49,633 nt of DNA, taken from positions 1 to 49,633 of the forward strand of contig JBIJDL010000002.1 in the NCBI GenBank assembly GCA_044344195.1. Direction: 5' to 3'. This DNA comes from Candidatus Hydrogenedentales bacterium. GTDB taxonomy: Bacteria > Hydrogenedentota > Hydrogenedentia > Hydrogenedentales > JAEUWI01. The position numbers and the translations under genes were made by a program. Positions within the stretch are counted from its first letter, which is position 1. Every line of letters starts with the position of its first letter. Positions 1 to 8,665 of this stretch are shown here, one piece after another. The notes beneath the pieces are model-generated. The model saw only the letters and a list, made by a program, of their open reading frames with translations, searched no databases and had not been told where the DNA came from.

Positions 1-377
1 ACTTCCTCGGCGGACAGGGCGGCGCCTCTCTTGGGCATTTCGGGGGCTTCGCCATTCGGACCGGGCTGGATGACTTCGAGGAGGCGGCTGGCCGTGGGAT
101 CGCCGGGCGTGACGGCGCCACTGGCCAGGAACTCGGCCTGTGTACTCAGGGAGAGGTCGCCCTTGAGAATGTTCGGCTGGTGACATTCGAGGCAATGGGC
201 TTCGAGAATCGGTTTGACGGATTGGAACGAAGGCGGGAGTTCAGCCCCATGGGCCCGTGAGGTGTGGAGCAGGGCCCAACTGAGTAGGACCGCAGCGCCC
301 AAGCTCAGCGAAGTATAGTGGCCCCACCGTTGGGCTCGCTTTTTGGCCCTCACCGCGTCTGGGATGGTCTTTCGCAT
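1..377 (-). CDS. PSCyt1 (planctomycete cytochrome c) domain protein, N-terminal part; the gene runs off the left edge
   Basis: My own minus-strand translation from ATG (375-377) gives MRKTIPDAVRAKKRAQRWGHYTSLSLGAAVLLSWALLHTSRAHGAELPPSFQSVKPILEAHCLECHQPNILKGDLSL... A signal/TM segment is followed by a CxxCH haem motif (CLECH), in the same N-terminal layout as the 982-aa gene at 13375-16323 (CFKCHGPD). It is absent from the ORF track because it is truncated. It starts 1 nt after the stop of the upstream gene. Confidence 0.75.
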   Translation of the reverse strand, partial: MRKTIPDAVRAKKRAQRWGHYTSLSLGAAVLLSWALLHTSRAHGAELPPSFQSVKPILEAHCLECHQPNILKGDLSLSTQAEFLASGAVTPGDPTASRLLEVIQPGPNGEAPEMPKRGAALSAEE

Positions 378-378
378 A

Positions 379-1491
379 TTACATTTCGTCCAGCGCTTCA
401 AGACGCCCTTCGAGGATTCCGACCAATGGCTGGGTTACTTCGATGCGTCCGAGGATGATTTTTGCGCTTGCGGTCATGGGGATCGCGAGGAGCATTCCCG
501 CAAAGCCCCATAGAATCCCCCAGAATATAAGGGACATGAGGACAACAACAGGGTGAAGCCCCAGTGTGTCGCCCATCACTTTTGGTTCGAGCACGCTGCC
601 AATCGTGAACTGGATCATGAGGGGGAGCAGGAGGGCCAGGGTCACGGTGACCATGGAGACGTCCGGTGTCAGCAGCACGAAGGGCAAGGGCAAGACTGTG
701 GCCACGATAGAGCCGAGATTTGGGATGAAATTGAGGATAAAGGTGAAGGCTCCGAAGGACATGGCGAAGCGGACGCCCAGAAACTGCAGCACCAGGAATA
801 CCAGAAAGCCCGTCAGCATGGATGAGAGAAGCTTGATGACAATGTACTTCTGAACGCGCTTCTCAATTTCGCCGATCACACCACCCCGAGGCTTCGACTG
901 GGCGGTACTGCCCATAAGCAGAAATGCCGCGAAAAGCAGGACCAGAAATCCATTTGAAAGGAGGGACAGTACCCCCGCGGATAGGCGGCGCGCGATACCG
1001 TTAATGGCCCCCTCGGGGAGGAGTAAAGAGGTCTGAAATCGACCGGGCTCTCCCTCGGCGAGGGCGGGGTCCACACCTTCAGCGGGCGGGGTCGCCGGAG
1101 GCGTGCGGGCTGTATTCGTGCCACCGACGAGATAGACCAGGGCATTCACTGGACCGGAATTCTCCGCCTGGCGCAGCAGGGTCTTGAGTTGGGCCTCGTA
1201 TTCCCCCGCGCTATTGGCAAACTGGCCTACGGAAACGGAGACAAATGCGGCCACCGCAAACACCGCGAGACAACCCACCAACAGGGTAATGGTCAGGGCG
1301 AAGGGACGGCCCACGCGCAACTTACGCATCAGAAAATTGACGACGGGTATAAGCAAAAGGGAGAGGAAGGCTGCAAGGACAAAGGGGACCAATACCACGC
1401 GAAGCAGGTAGAGTGCTACCGCTACGGCCAGGATGGTCAGCGTAGCGAGGCAAACGGTTTGAATTCGTGAATCGTATTCGCCTTTGGTCAT
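379..1491 (-). CDS. AI-2E family (PerM/UPF0118) transporter
   Basis: Polytopic membrane protein with family-typical C-terminal blocks (FILNFIPNLGSIVATVLPLP, GILWGFAGMLLAIPMTA). The ORF runs to 1602, but the likely start is the ATG at 1489-1491 (MTKGEYDS...); the upstream extension is Cys/Arg-rich and non-membrane. Confidence 0.85.
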   Translation of the reverse strand: MTKGEYDSRIQTVCLATLTILAVAVALYLLRVVLVPFVLAAFLSLLLIPVVNFLMRKLRVGRPFALTITLLVGCLAVFAVAAFVSVSVGQFANSAGEYEAQLKTLLRQAENSGPVNALVYLVGGTNTARTPPATPPAEGVDPALAEGEPGRFQTSLLLPEGAINGIARRLSAGVLSLLSNGFLVLLFAAFLLMGSTAQSKPRGGVIGEIEKRVQKYIVIKLLSSMLTGFLVFLVLQFLGVRFAMSFGAFTFILNFIPNLGSIVATVLPLPFVLLTPDVSMVTVTLALLLPLMIQFTIGSVLEPKVMGDTLGLHPVVVLMSLIFWGILWGFAGMLLAIPMTASAKIILGRIEVTQPLVGILEGRLEALDEM

Positions 1492-1833
1492 GATCCGGTA
1501 ATCCTGTTTGGACGATAGAACAGTGCCGCACACGGTACATCGATGCTTCTCCGCGCACGCCCAGAGTATAACACGACAGGCCGTTGCCTGAACTGTGCCC
1601 AATTGCCTACCGCTCTCAATTGTGCTTCCTTGGCCCGCCGGGGCCCACAGCCCTTGAGAGGTATTTCGAAACGTCCCAGACTATTGGTCTCCGGCATCTG
1701 GAGGGTCCCGGAAGCACGAGCGGTCGCTTTTACAGATCACTGGCGAAATCCGGACCCTGGGTGTAGAATGGCGTCGTGACAACAGCGCAAAATTGCCAAG
1801 GAGATTGATTCGTCTATTGGTAAAGAGGCATTC

Positions 1834-3297
1834 ATGCGAGGGAGCAACGTGATGTCGAATCTGAGTAATCAGGAAAATGAGGCGTCGGACAAGACCCGCC
1901 GCCAGTTCATGAAGACCGCGCCCATCATCGGCGCCGTCGCCATTTCGGGCAAGTCTTCGGCGGCGGGGGTCTATAAGTCCATCCTTCCCGCGACCGTGCT
2001 GGGTGCGAATGAGAAGATTCGCACAGGCCACATTGGCGAATGGGGCGGAAGCAATAGCGTGTGCGGGATGGGCGTTGCAGACCTCGTTTTCGTCATGAAG
2101 CGCATGGATATGCAGCCGATAGCCGTCTGTGATATGTATCCTAAGAATGTGCAACGAATGGGGGCTATGGCGCGAAAGAAGCCAGGCGTCAACCCGACGG
2201 AGCACCACGATTTTCGCGAGGTTATCGACAACAAGGACGTGGATGCGGTCATCATCGCCATGCCGGATCACTGGCACGCGCTGTGTACCCTTTACGCGGC
2301 CGACGCGGGCAAGGCGATCTATTGTGAATTGCCGGCCGCCACCACGATAGAAGAAGGGCAGGCGATGGTGGATGCCGTGCGGCGTAACACGGTGGTATTC
2401 CAAGGGGGGCTGTTGCAGCGCAGCGGGCCGCACTACCGCGAAGCCGTCCAGATGATTCGCTCCGGCTACATTGGCAAGGTCCATCGTGTAGAGACCTGGT
2501 TCAACGACAGCGAAACTATCGCCGGGATGGGCCCTGGCGAGGACGATATCGCCAAGCATCCAGACTGCGATTGGGAACTCCAGCAGGGCTGGGTGGGGCA
2601 TGCGCCGTTCAACACAAATCGGTGGGGACCGTCGTACCGAAATTTCCTGGAATACTCCGGCGGGCGGCTGTCGGGGTGGGGCGCACACCTGCTGGATATC
2701 GGGCTGTGGGCAATGGAACTTGAAGATGTGAAGCCGGTGCTCCAGCCTGGATTCGTGGTGGCCAATGGGGGCAAGTGGGTCATCCAGGACAATCGCACCA
2801 CGCCGGACACGCTCGATGTTTTCTACACCTTCGACGACTTCACCATGAGTTTCTCGAACCGGGCATGGAACGGGCATCGGCGCGAGGGCGACAACGGCAC
2901 TGGTACGTTGTTTCACGGTACCCTTGGCAGTCTTCAGGTGACACGCGACGGTTATCAAGTCTGGGCGACGGAGAACAATGCGACGGACGGGAAGCCTACG
3001 CTGGTGGAGAGGACAGCCGAAGGCTCACCGCTCAATGAGCCTCACTGGCAGAACTTTGCCGACTGTATTCGCTCCGGCCAGGACCCGGCTGCCAGTGTCG
3101 AGGTACTGCACAGCACTTCGCGGTTGTGCCACATGGGCACCTGCTCGTATGTGGCCGGGGGCGAGAAGCTGGGCTGGGATGTCGCATCGCAGCGCTTCAC
3201 GGGGGAGAACACCGAGGCCGTGGAGACGGCCAATGGCTGGGCCTATCGCGCGTACAAAAATGGCTGGAGCCTGAAAGCGCCCTATTGGCGGGGGTGA
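1834..3297 (+). CDS. Gfo/Idh/MocA family oxidoreductase with twin-arginine signal
   Basis: TAT-like motif RRQFMKTAPIIGAVA. Rossmann-end block DVDAVIIAMPDHWHA is typical of the family. Size (about 480 aa) and architecture match PVC-type secreted dehydrogenases. An alternative start is the ATG at 1852. Confidence 0.85.
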   Translation: MRGSNVMSNLSNQENEASDKTRRQFMKTAPIIGAVAISGKSSAAGVYKSILPATVLGANEKIRTGHIGEWGGSNSVCGMGVADLVFVMKRMDMQPIAVCDMYPKNVQRMGAMARKKPGVNPTEHHDFREVIDNKDVDAVIIAMPDHWHALCTLYAADAGKAIYCELPAATTIEEGQAMVDAVRRNTVVFQGGLLQRSGPHYREAVQMIRSGYIGKVHRVETWFNDSETIAGMGPGEDDIAKHPDCDWELQQGWVGHAPFNTNRWGPSYRNFLEYSGGRLSGWGAHLLDIGLWAMELEDVKPVLQPGFVVANGGKWVIQDNRTTPDTLDVFYTFDDFTMSFSNRAWNGHRREGDNGTGTLFHGTLGSLQVTRDGYQVWATENNATDGKPTLVERTAEGSPLNEPHWQNFADCIRSGQDPAASVEVLHSTSRLCHMGTCSYVAGGEKLGWDVASQRFTGENTEAVETANGWAYRAYKNGWSLKAPYWRG

Positions 3298-3440
3298 GCC
3301 CGCCCGCTGGTTGATTTCGGGAATGGTCGGTCGTCCGCGCGTTACCGGTGGGAGCGTCCTGTGCTAGACTGTGCCCGCCGTGGGTGCCGCGTCCGGGAGC
3401 ACGCGCGCCGACGGTCGGTCTAATTCGCGGATCTGAACCT

Positions 3441-4886
3441 GTGCAATTCAATTCCCTCCAGTACATCCTGTTCCTTCCCCTGATCGCGGTGGGCTTCTTT
3501 GCCCTCCCCCAGCGGTGGCGATGGGCCTGGCTTCTGGCGGCGAGCTACTACTTCTACGGCTGCTGGAACCCGGCTTATCTTCTGTTGCTGCTGGCCTCGA
3601 CGGTGGTGGACTACAGCGTGGGCCTGGCTCTGGGCAGGGTACAGCGTCCGGCGGCGCGAACCGCCGTGTTGCTATGCAGTCTCGCCCTCAATCTGGGACT
3701 TCTCTTCACCTTCAAGTACTTCAACTTCTTCAGCGAATCCCTCGCATTTCTCGCGGGGTTGATCGGGAATCGTGAGGTACTGCCCTATCACCTTGATGCG
3801 CTCCTGCCCGCGGGTATCTCGTTTTACACCTTCCAAACCCTGGCCTATACCATCGATGTCTATCGTCGGGACTGTCCGCCGGAGAAACACCTGGGGCGCT
3901 TCGCGCTTTATGTGGCCTTTTTCCCACAGCTTGTGGCGGGCCCCATTGAGCGCGCGGCGCATCTGCTGCCCCAGTTCTGCGAGCGGCACCGCTGGGACTA
4001 CGCGCGCACCGTGTCCGGCCTTCGGCTGATCCTGTGGGGACTCTTCAAGAAGATGGTGGTGGCGGATCGCATGGCGCTGATCGCCGGAAGTGTTTATGGA
4101 GAGGCCGAAGCGCCGGTCGGCTTGCTCGTCATTATCGGCACTGTCGCCTTCGCTTTTCAGATCTACTGTGACTTCAGCGCGTATTCCGACATTGCCGTGG
4201 GCTCGGCGCGCATTCTCGGCGTCGATCTCATGCTCAACTTCAACCGGCCCTATGCCGCCCAGTCCATCCGCGACTTCTGGCGGCGTTGGCACATTTCCTT
4301 GTCCATCTGGTTTCGAGACTACGTATACGTGCCCCTGGGTGGGGGGCGAGTCTCGGGAGTCCGGTGGGTGCGCAATATCGCGATTGTATTTCTCCTCAGC
4401 GGGCTCTGGCACGGCGCCGAATGGACCTTCGTCTGCTGGGGGGCGCTCCACGCACTCTACTACCTCGTCGGAGAAGCCGTGGCGAAACTGCGCGGACCCG
4501 AATGCCCTGGACCGCTAAAGGTACTGATGAAACGTGTCACCATCTTTGGCCTGGTCTGCTTCGCGTGGATATTCTTTCGGGCCACCTCGCTGGAGCATGC
4601 GCTGAACCTGGTATCCGCACTTCCCACGGGCTGGTTCGACGCTGAATTATTGGCGCGTCAATGGAGCGAGTTTACCCTCGCCAATCCCGTTTCCAGCCTT
4701 TTACTCGGGCTGGCCGTTCTCGCGATCATGCTGCTCCTGGAAGGATCGCAGGCAGCGAATCAGGCCCCGACGCCCTTCCAGAGTCCCGCATGGCACGTCC
4801 GCTGGGCTTCCTATGCCGCTACCTTGTTCATCATCTTCGCACTGGGAGGGTATCATGAAATTCCTTTCATCTACTTCCAGTTCTGA
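3441..4886 (+). CDS. MBOAT family O-acyltransferase (AlgI/DltB-like)
   Basis: The N-terminus VQFNSLQYILFLPL from GTG 3441 is the classic MBOAT start. Also present are the catalytic-His block FWRRWHISLSIWFRDYVYVPLGG and the later WHG motif. The ORF-track start at 3348 adds an Arg/Pro-rich non-membrane extension, so I prefer GTG 3441. Confidence 0.9.
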   Translation: MQFNSLQYILFLPLIAVGFFALPQRWRWAWLLAASYYFYGCWNPAYLLLLLASTVVDYSVGLALGRVQRPAARTAVLLCSLALNLGLLFTFKYFNFFSESLAFLAGLIGNREVLPYHLDALLPAGISFYTFQTLAYTIDVYRRDCPPEKHLGRFALYVAFFPQLVAGPIERAAHLLPQFCERHRWDYARTVSGLRLILWGLFKKMVVADRMALIAGSVYGEAEAPVGLLVIIGTVAFAFQIYCDFSAYSDIAVGSARILGVDLMLNFNRPYAAQSIRDFWRRWHISLSIWFRDYVYVPLGGGRVSGVRWVRNIAIVFLLSGLWHGAEWTFVCWGALHALYYLVGEAVAKLRGPECPGPLKVLMKRVTIFGLVCFAWIFFRATSLEHALNLVSALPTGWFDAELLARQWSEFTLANPVSSLLLGLAVLAIMLLLEGSQAANQAPTPFQSPAWHVRWASYAATLFIIFALGGYHEIPFIYFQF

Positions 4887-5895
4887 GTGGCGCGTTCCCT
4901 TGCGCATTCTGGTCCGCATGGTCGCGCTGGTGGGCCTCGTCACGGGCCTGTGGGTCGCCTTCGCGCTGTACGCCGGCCTCGCGGAGCCGGAGCCTTTTCT
5001 CGGCGTGCTGGACAAGGCTGTGGCGCAGCAGCCGGACCTGTTGCTCATGGGCGACAGCACCTTCTTCTGGCGCGGGCCGGGTGAAAGGGATACGCTGAGT
5101 CTCGAAGATGCGATCACGGCGTCCTACCCGGATTTGCAGGTGTGTTCTATCTCCGAGGCGGCGCTGACGCTGGACATGATGGAGGCGAGCTGGCGCTATC
5201 TGCGCGCGCGGGGCACCGCGCCCCGCGTGGCGGTTGTTGTGGTGAATCTTCGTTCGTTCTCGCCCACGTGGTACGAGCGCCCGGACAGCTATACGGAGAA
5301 GGTGCTCCACCAGTTGACGTGGGATTCCCGCTTCGTGCGCGCCCTGTATCGCCCGCTGGTGGAGTTTGACGTGTTGAATAAGAAGGCGCTCAAGATCGAC
5401 GACTATTACCGCACGTTGCACAGCCATCTGCGCGGGGCGCCAGTAGACTTCGGCCTGGGCAAAGATTCATCTACTGACGGGGCCGACGAGAAACTAACGC
5501 CACGGGAATCCTACTATCTCTGCTATGGACTGCCGATTAGCAGTGACCACCCCTTGCTGCGCGCCATGGTTGGCCTGGTGGACGAGATGCGGGCCGATGG
5601 CGTGAAGGTGCTGCTCTACCTCACGCCGGTGGACCTGGAGCGCGGGGCGTCGGGGTTCGGCCCCAAGTTGACGGCTGACATCGAGCGAAATCGGGAAACG
5701 GTCAAGCGGGCACTTGCCACGGAAATAGAGGCTGACGAGGAGCTGCGCCTTGTGGACTTTGCGGGTTCGGCCCCGACGGTGGACTTCCTCGATCACGGCG
5801 GCGCGCCCAACGAGCACTTGACGACGGTGGGTCGTCAGCGGCTCATGGAAGTCTTGAAGCCCGAGATCGACGCGTTGCTTTCAGGAAAGGAATAG
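4855..5895 (+). CDS. Membrane-anchored SGNH/DltD-like partner of the MBOAT acyltransferase (hypothetical)
   Basis: ATG 4855 is preceded by GGAGGG (4845-4850) and overlaps the MBOAT stop. It has an N-terminal TM helix and a GDS block (LLLMGDSTFFW) like SGNH block I. Gene order MBOAT then periplasmic SGNH-like protein is the AlgI-AlgJ/X and DltB-DltD pattern. Confidence 0.5.
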   Translation: MKFLSSTSSSEWRVPLRILVRMVALVGLVTGLWVAFALYAGLAEPEPFLGVLDKAVAQQPDLLLMGDSTFFWRGPGERDTLSLEDAITASYPDLQVCSISEAALTLDMMEASWRYLRARGTAPRVAVVVVNLRSFSPTWYERPDSYTEKVLHQLTWDSRFVRALYRPLVEFDVLNKKALKIDDYYRTLHSHLRGAPVDFGLGKDSSTDGADEKLTPRESYYLCYGLPISSDHPLLRAMVGLVDEMRADGVKVLLYLTPVDLERGASGFGPKLTADIERNRETVKRALATEIEADEELRLVDFAGSAPTVDFLDHGGAPNEHLTTVGRQRLMEVLKPEIDALLSGKE

Positions 5896-5921
5896 CCCCG
5901 CATCAACGGCCCTGCATTGAG

Positions 5922-5939
5922 GGGACTTCAGGAAGTCCC
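5922..5939 (+). terminator. Short hairpin between convergent genes (weak terminator candidate)
   Basis: GGGACTT-cagg-AAGTCCC: 7-bp stem, 4-nt loop, followed by a moderately T-rich stretch. It overlaps the stop codon of the minus-strand gene. Confidence 0.3.
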
Positions 5940-6569
5940 ATTTCCGTTTCGTGACTTCATCACATTTTCGGGCAGACTGTACTGAACCTGGTTTCCCGCA
6001 ATAGTGACAATTTTTCGCGATTGCAGCGCCTCAATTAGCGCGTCCACGTCTCCAGACTTCAGTTTTTTTCCGAATAGCGTGTTGATGGTGTTCTGAAGGG
6101 TGTCGCGCTTTTTCGGAAGTGAGGGGGAGCGTCGTTGGAGGTCTTCAAGCACCTGACCAAGGCGATCATCGACTGCGGCAGGCTTTGCCTTCGTTGGCGC
6201 GCAAATTTGCCCAATGTCCTGATGGCGATAAATTCGTATTTTTGGTGTGCGGCCATTGCGCAGGTGGGCGATCAGCGGATCAAAGCCCGAGTCCTTCGAG
6301 ATGATGTGGAAATACCCTTCAGGATCGGCGGTAGCCAGTTCACCGGCGTAGAAGGCGATATGAAAGTCGAGGGCGTTGGGGCCATTGCCTTTCATCTTTA
6401 CATAGCTCGCACGGTCCCCGAGTCTCTGCATCGCATTAGAGAACTCAAAGGTCAGTTTCGTCTGATTTTCCCCCACGAAGACGTAAACCCTCACGGGCAG
6501 TTCGGCAAGTTTTTCCAGATTGTCTGGCTGGACATTTTCATAGTCGATAAGCACGTAGTTGGTGGGCAA
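5928..6569 (-). CDS. NYN/PIN-like ribonuclease domain protein with a C-terminal OST-HTH/LOTUS-like or winged-helix-like region
   Basis: N-terminal VLIDYENV and later IISKDSGFDPLIAHL match the acidic-residue blocks of LabA-type NYN domains (xIDxEN ... SxDSDFxPL). The C-terminal 70 aa are helical and basic. Confidence 0.6.
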   Translation of the reverse strand: MPTNYVLIDYENVQPDNLEKLAELPVRVYVFVGENQTKLTFEFSNAMQRLGDRASYVKMKGNGPNALDFHIAFYAGELATADPEGYFHIISKDSGFDPLIAHLRNGRTPKIRIYRHQDIGQICAPTKAKPAAVDDRLGQVLEDLQRRSPSLPKKRDTLQNTINTLFGKKLKSGDVDALIEALQSRKIVTIAGNQVQYSLPENVMKSRNGNGTS

Positions 6570-6929
6570 GGCTTTCGTTCCCCTTCGCGTCGTGTTCCCG
6601 ACTGCCCGAACCGGGCAATCCCATGGGCGGTTTCGGTGTCGGATTCGACTCCGGGCACCATCCTGCGCATCCCGTCAAAGACGGGCACACTCTCTCCCTT
6701 GAACGATACAAACAGACCGGCGATTTATTCTGATGAAGTTTAAGGCACTGCAGGAATTCGGTTCCACCACGATTTGGGCCGTTTCTGCGGCAAGGGCCGC
6801 TCCCGCGCCGGAGATTGCGCTAAACAATTGCAATCAAAAGGCTTCAACCCCTACAATACCCGCTTGCGCCATGGGCTTTTCAGGCCCCGCGCCATTTCCC
6901 CCAATATCGAGTGAAAACAGGAGTTTATC

Positions 6930-8228
6930 GTGGACAAGCTGGTCAGCCTTTGCAAGCGTAAGGGATTCATCTTTCAATCGAGCGGTATCTATGGCGGCGT
7001 CAATGGCTGCTGGGACTTCGGCCCGCTGGGCGTCGAACTGAAGCGCAACCTGAAGGATGACTGGTGGTATAACTTTGTCCAGACCCGCGATGACATTGTC
7101 GGGCTCGATGCGAGTATTATCATGCACCCGGAAGTGTGGGTGGCCTCGGGCCACGTGGAAGCCTTCCACGATGTGGTGGTGGACTGCAAAGAGTGCAAAC
7201 ACCGCTTTCGCGAAGATCACCTGGAAGCGAAGAAGTGTCCGGACTGCGGCGGCGAACTGACCGAGCCGAAAAAGTTCAACAGTATGCTCAAGACTCAGCT
7301 CGGCGTAAGCGAGGATACGGCGGTCAATACCTACCTGCGCCCCGAGACCTGCCAGGCGATTTTCGTGGACTTCAAGGAGGTCTATTCCTCCACCCGCTGC
7401 CAGATCCCCTTCGGTATCGCGCAGGTGGGCAAGAGCTTCCGCAATGAGGTGAATCCCCGCAACTTCATCTTCCGCAGCCGCGAATTCGAGCAGATGGAAA
7501 TCGAGTTCTTCTGCAAGGAAGAAGACGAAGAAATCTGGTTCGAGAAGTGGCAGCAGGAAATCTGGAACTGGTACCTGCGCCTGGGCATTCCCGAAGACAA
7601 GCTCCGCTGGTACGAACACCCCAAGGAGAGCCTGGCGCATTACTCCAAGCGCACGGTGGACGTGGAATACGAATATCCCTTCGGCTGGGGCGAGCTTCAG
7701 GGCCTGGCCAATCGCGGCACCTTCGATTTGAAGGCGCACTCCAAGCATTCGGGCAAAGACCTTTCCTTCTTCGATCAGGTGAAGAACGAGCGCTTCGTGC
7801 CCACCGTGCTGGAGCCCTCCGCCGGTGCCGATCGCACCACGCTGGCGGTGCTGTGCTCGGCCTACCACGAGGATGAAGTGGACGGTGAGACCCGCGTGGT
7901 CATGCGCCTCGCGCCGAAACTGGCCCCGATCAAGGCGGCGATCCTGCCCCTCGTGAAGAAGGACGGCCTGGCGGAAATCGCGGAAAACCTCGAAAAGAAG
8001 CTCCGGCGCAAGTTCAACACCTACTACGATCAGGCGGGTGCCATCGGCCGCCGCTATCGCCGTCAGGATGAAATCGGCACGCCCTTCTGCATCTGCGTGG
8101 ACTACGACACGAAGGAAGACAACACCGTCACCATCCGCGAGCGCGACAGCATGGAGCAGATTCGCATTCCCATCGACGAAGTCGCGGCCTATATTGCGCC
8201 CAAGGTTTCGTTTGACCACGAGGCGTAG
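6930..8228 (+). CDS. glyQS: Glycine--tRNA ligase (dimeric class II GlyQS type)
   Basis: MDKLVSLCKRKGFIFQSSGIYGGVNGCWDFGPLGVELKRN is the canonical GlyQS N-terminus. Also present are the zinc-ribbon insertion CKECKH...CPDCGG, class II motifs, and the anticodon-binding end GAIGRRYRRQDEIGTPFCICVD. GTG start with AGGAG at 6919-6923. Confidence 0.95.
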   Translation: MDKLVSLCKRKGFIFQSSGIYGGVNGCWDFGPLGVELKRNLKDDWWYNFVQTRDDIVGLDASIIMHPEVWVASGHVEAFHDVVVDCKECKHRFREDHLEAKKCPDCGGELTEPKKFNSMLKTQLGVSEDTAVNTYLRPETCQAIFVDFKEVYSSTRCQIPFGIAQVGKSFRNEVNPRNFIFRSREFEQMEIEFFCKEEDEEIWFEKWQQEIWNWYLRLGIPEDKLRWYEHPKESLAHYSKRTVDVEYEYPFGWGELQGLANRGTFDLKAHSKHSGKDLSFFDQVKNERFVPTVLEPSAGADRTTLAVLCSAYHEDEVDGETRVVMRLAPKLAPIKAAILPLVKKDGLAEIAENLEKKLRRKFNTYYDQAGAIGRRYRRQDEIGTPFCICVDYDTKEDNTVTIRERDSMEQIRIPIDEVAAYIAPKVSFDHEA

Positions 8229-8251
8229 AATGTTTGTCAATCGCTAGTTTT

Positions 8252-8301
8252 AACGGCCTCCGGAATGGCGTATTTGCCAGAGAGGAGGCCGTTTTGTTCT
8301 T
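8252..8301 (+). terminator. Rho-independent terminator candidate after glyQS
   Basis: AACGGCCTCC (8252-8261) pairs with GGAGGCCGTT (8284-8293) and is followed by TTGTTCTTT. The loop is large (22 nt). Confidence 0.55.
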
Positions 8302-8306
8302 TGTGC

Positions 8307-8335
8307 TTGCGATGGATTTACCTTTGGGGTAAAAT
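8307..8335 (+). promoter_or_regulatory. Sigma-70-like promoter for higBA
   Basis: TTGCGA (8307-8312), 17-nt spacer, TAAAAT (8330-8335), about 28 nt upstream of the higB start. Confidence 0.4.
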
Positions 8336-8362
8336 GTGGGTGGCAGCTAAGGAGGCGTCACA

Positions 8363-8665
8363 TTGGAAGTGCGATTCCGAAACCGAAGACTGGAGCGCCA
8401 GTACCTGGAGTCGCGCGAGGCCGAAAGGGCGTATGGTGTTGAGGTGGCCCGGAAATATATCCAGCGGGTCAATATCATCCGGGCATGCTTGGATTTCGAG
8501 GAGTTGATGGCGCAGAGGCCCCTGGCCTGTCATCCATTACGGGGTGATCGGGCTGGCCAGTATGCCATCAAGTTGACGGGTTTTATGCGGCTGATTGTAA
8601 CGCTGGAACGTGGCGAATTGAGCGTGGTTTGTATTGAAGAGGTGAGCAAGCACTATGGCGACTAA
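8363..8665 (+). CDS. higB: HigB-like toxin (plasmid maintenance system killer, RelE/ParE superfamily)
   Basis: 100 aa. N-terminal FRNRRLERQY... and central LACHPLRGDRAGQYAIKLTGFMRLIV match the HigB killer-protein pattern. TTG start preceded by AAGGAGG (8349-8355). It overlaps the downstream HTH gene by 11 nt, in HigBA order (toxin first). Confidence 0.8.
   Translation: MEVRFRNRRLERQYLESREAERAYGVEVARKYIQRVNIIRACLDFEELMAQRPLACHPLRGDRAGQYAIKLTGFMRLIVTLERGELSVVCIEEVSKHYGD

Noticed and set aside
1681-2958. 425-aa minus-strand ORF antisense to the Gfo/Idh/MocA gene
   Set aside because: It has Arg/Pro/His-rich, low-complexity composition and no motif, and it lies fully inside a well-supported gene on the opposite strand. 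This is a typical GC-rich shadow ORF.
3348-3440. N-terminal extensions given by the ORF track (3348 for MBOAT, 41162 for M20, 45155 for the small secreted protein, 1602 for AI-2E, 9635 for rsgA, 32833 for the aldolase, 30048 for CBS)
   Set aside because: The extensions overlap upstream genes or are Arg/Pro/Cys-rich and lack an RBS. Internal starts with SD-like sequences reproduce canonical family N-termini.
6834-8240. 468-aa minus-strand ORF antisense to glyQS
   Set aside because: It is a shadow of an unambiguous glycine-tRNA ligase gene, and its composition (Ala/Gly/Leu/Arg runs) is non-protein-like.
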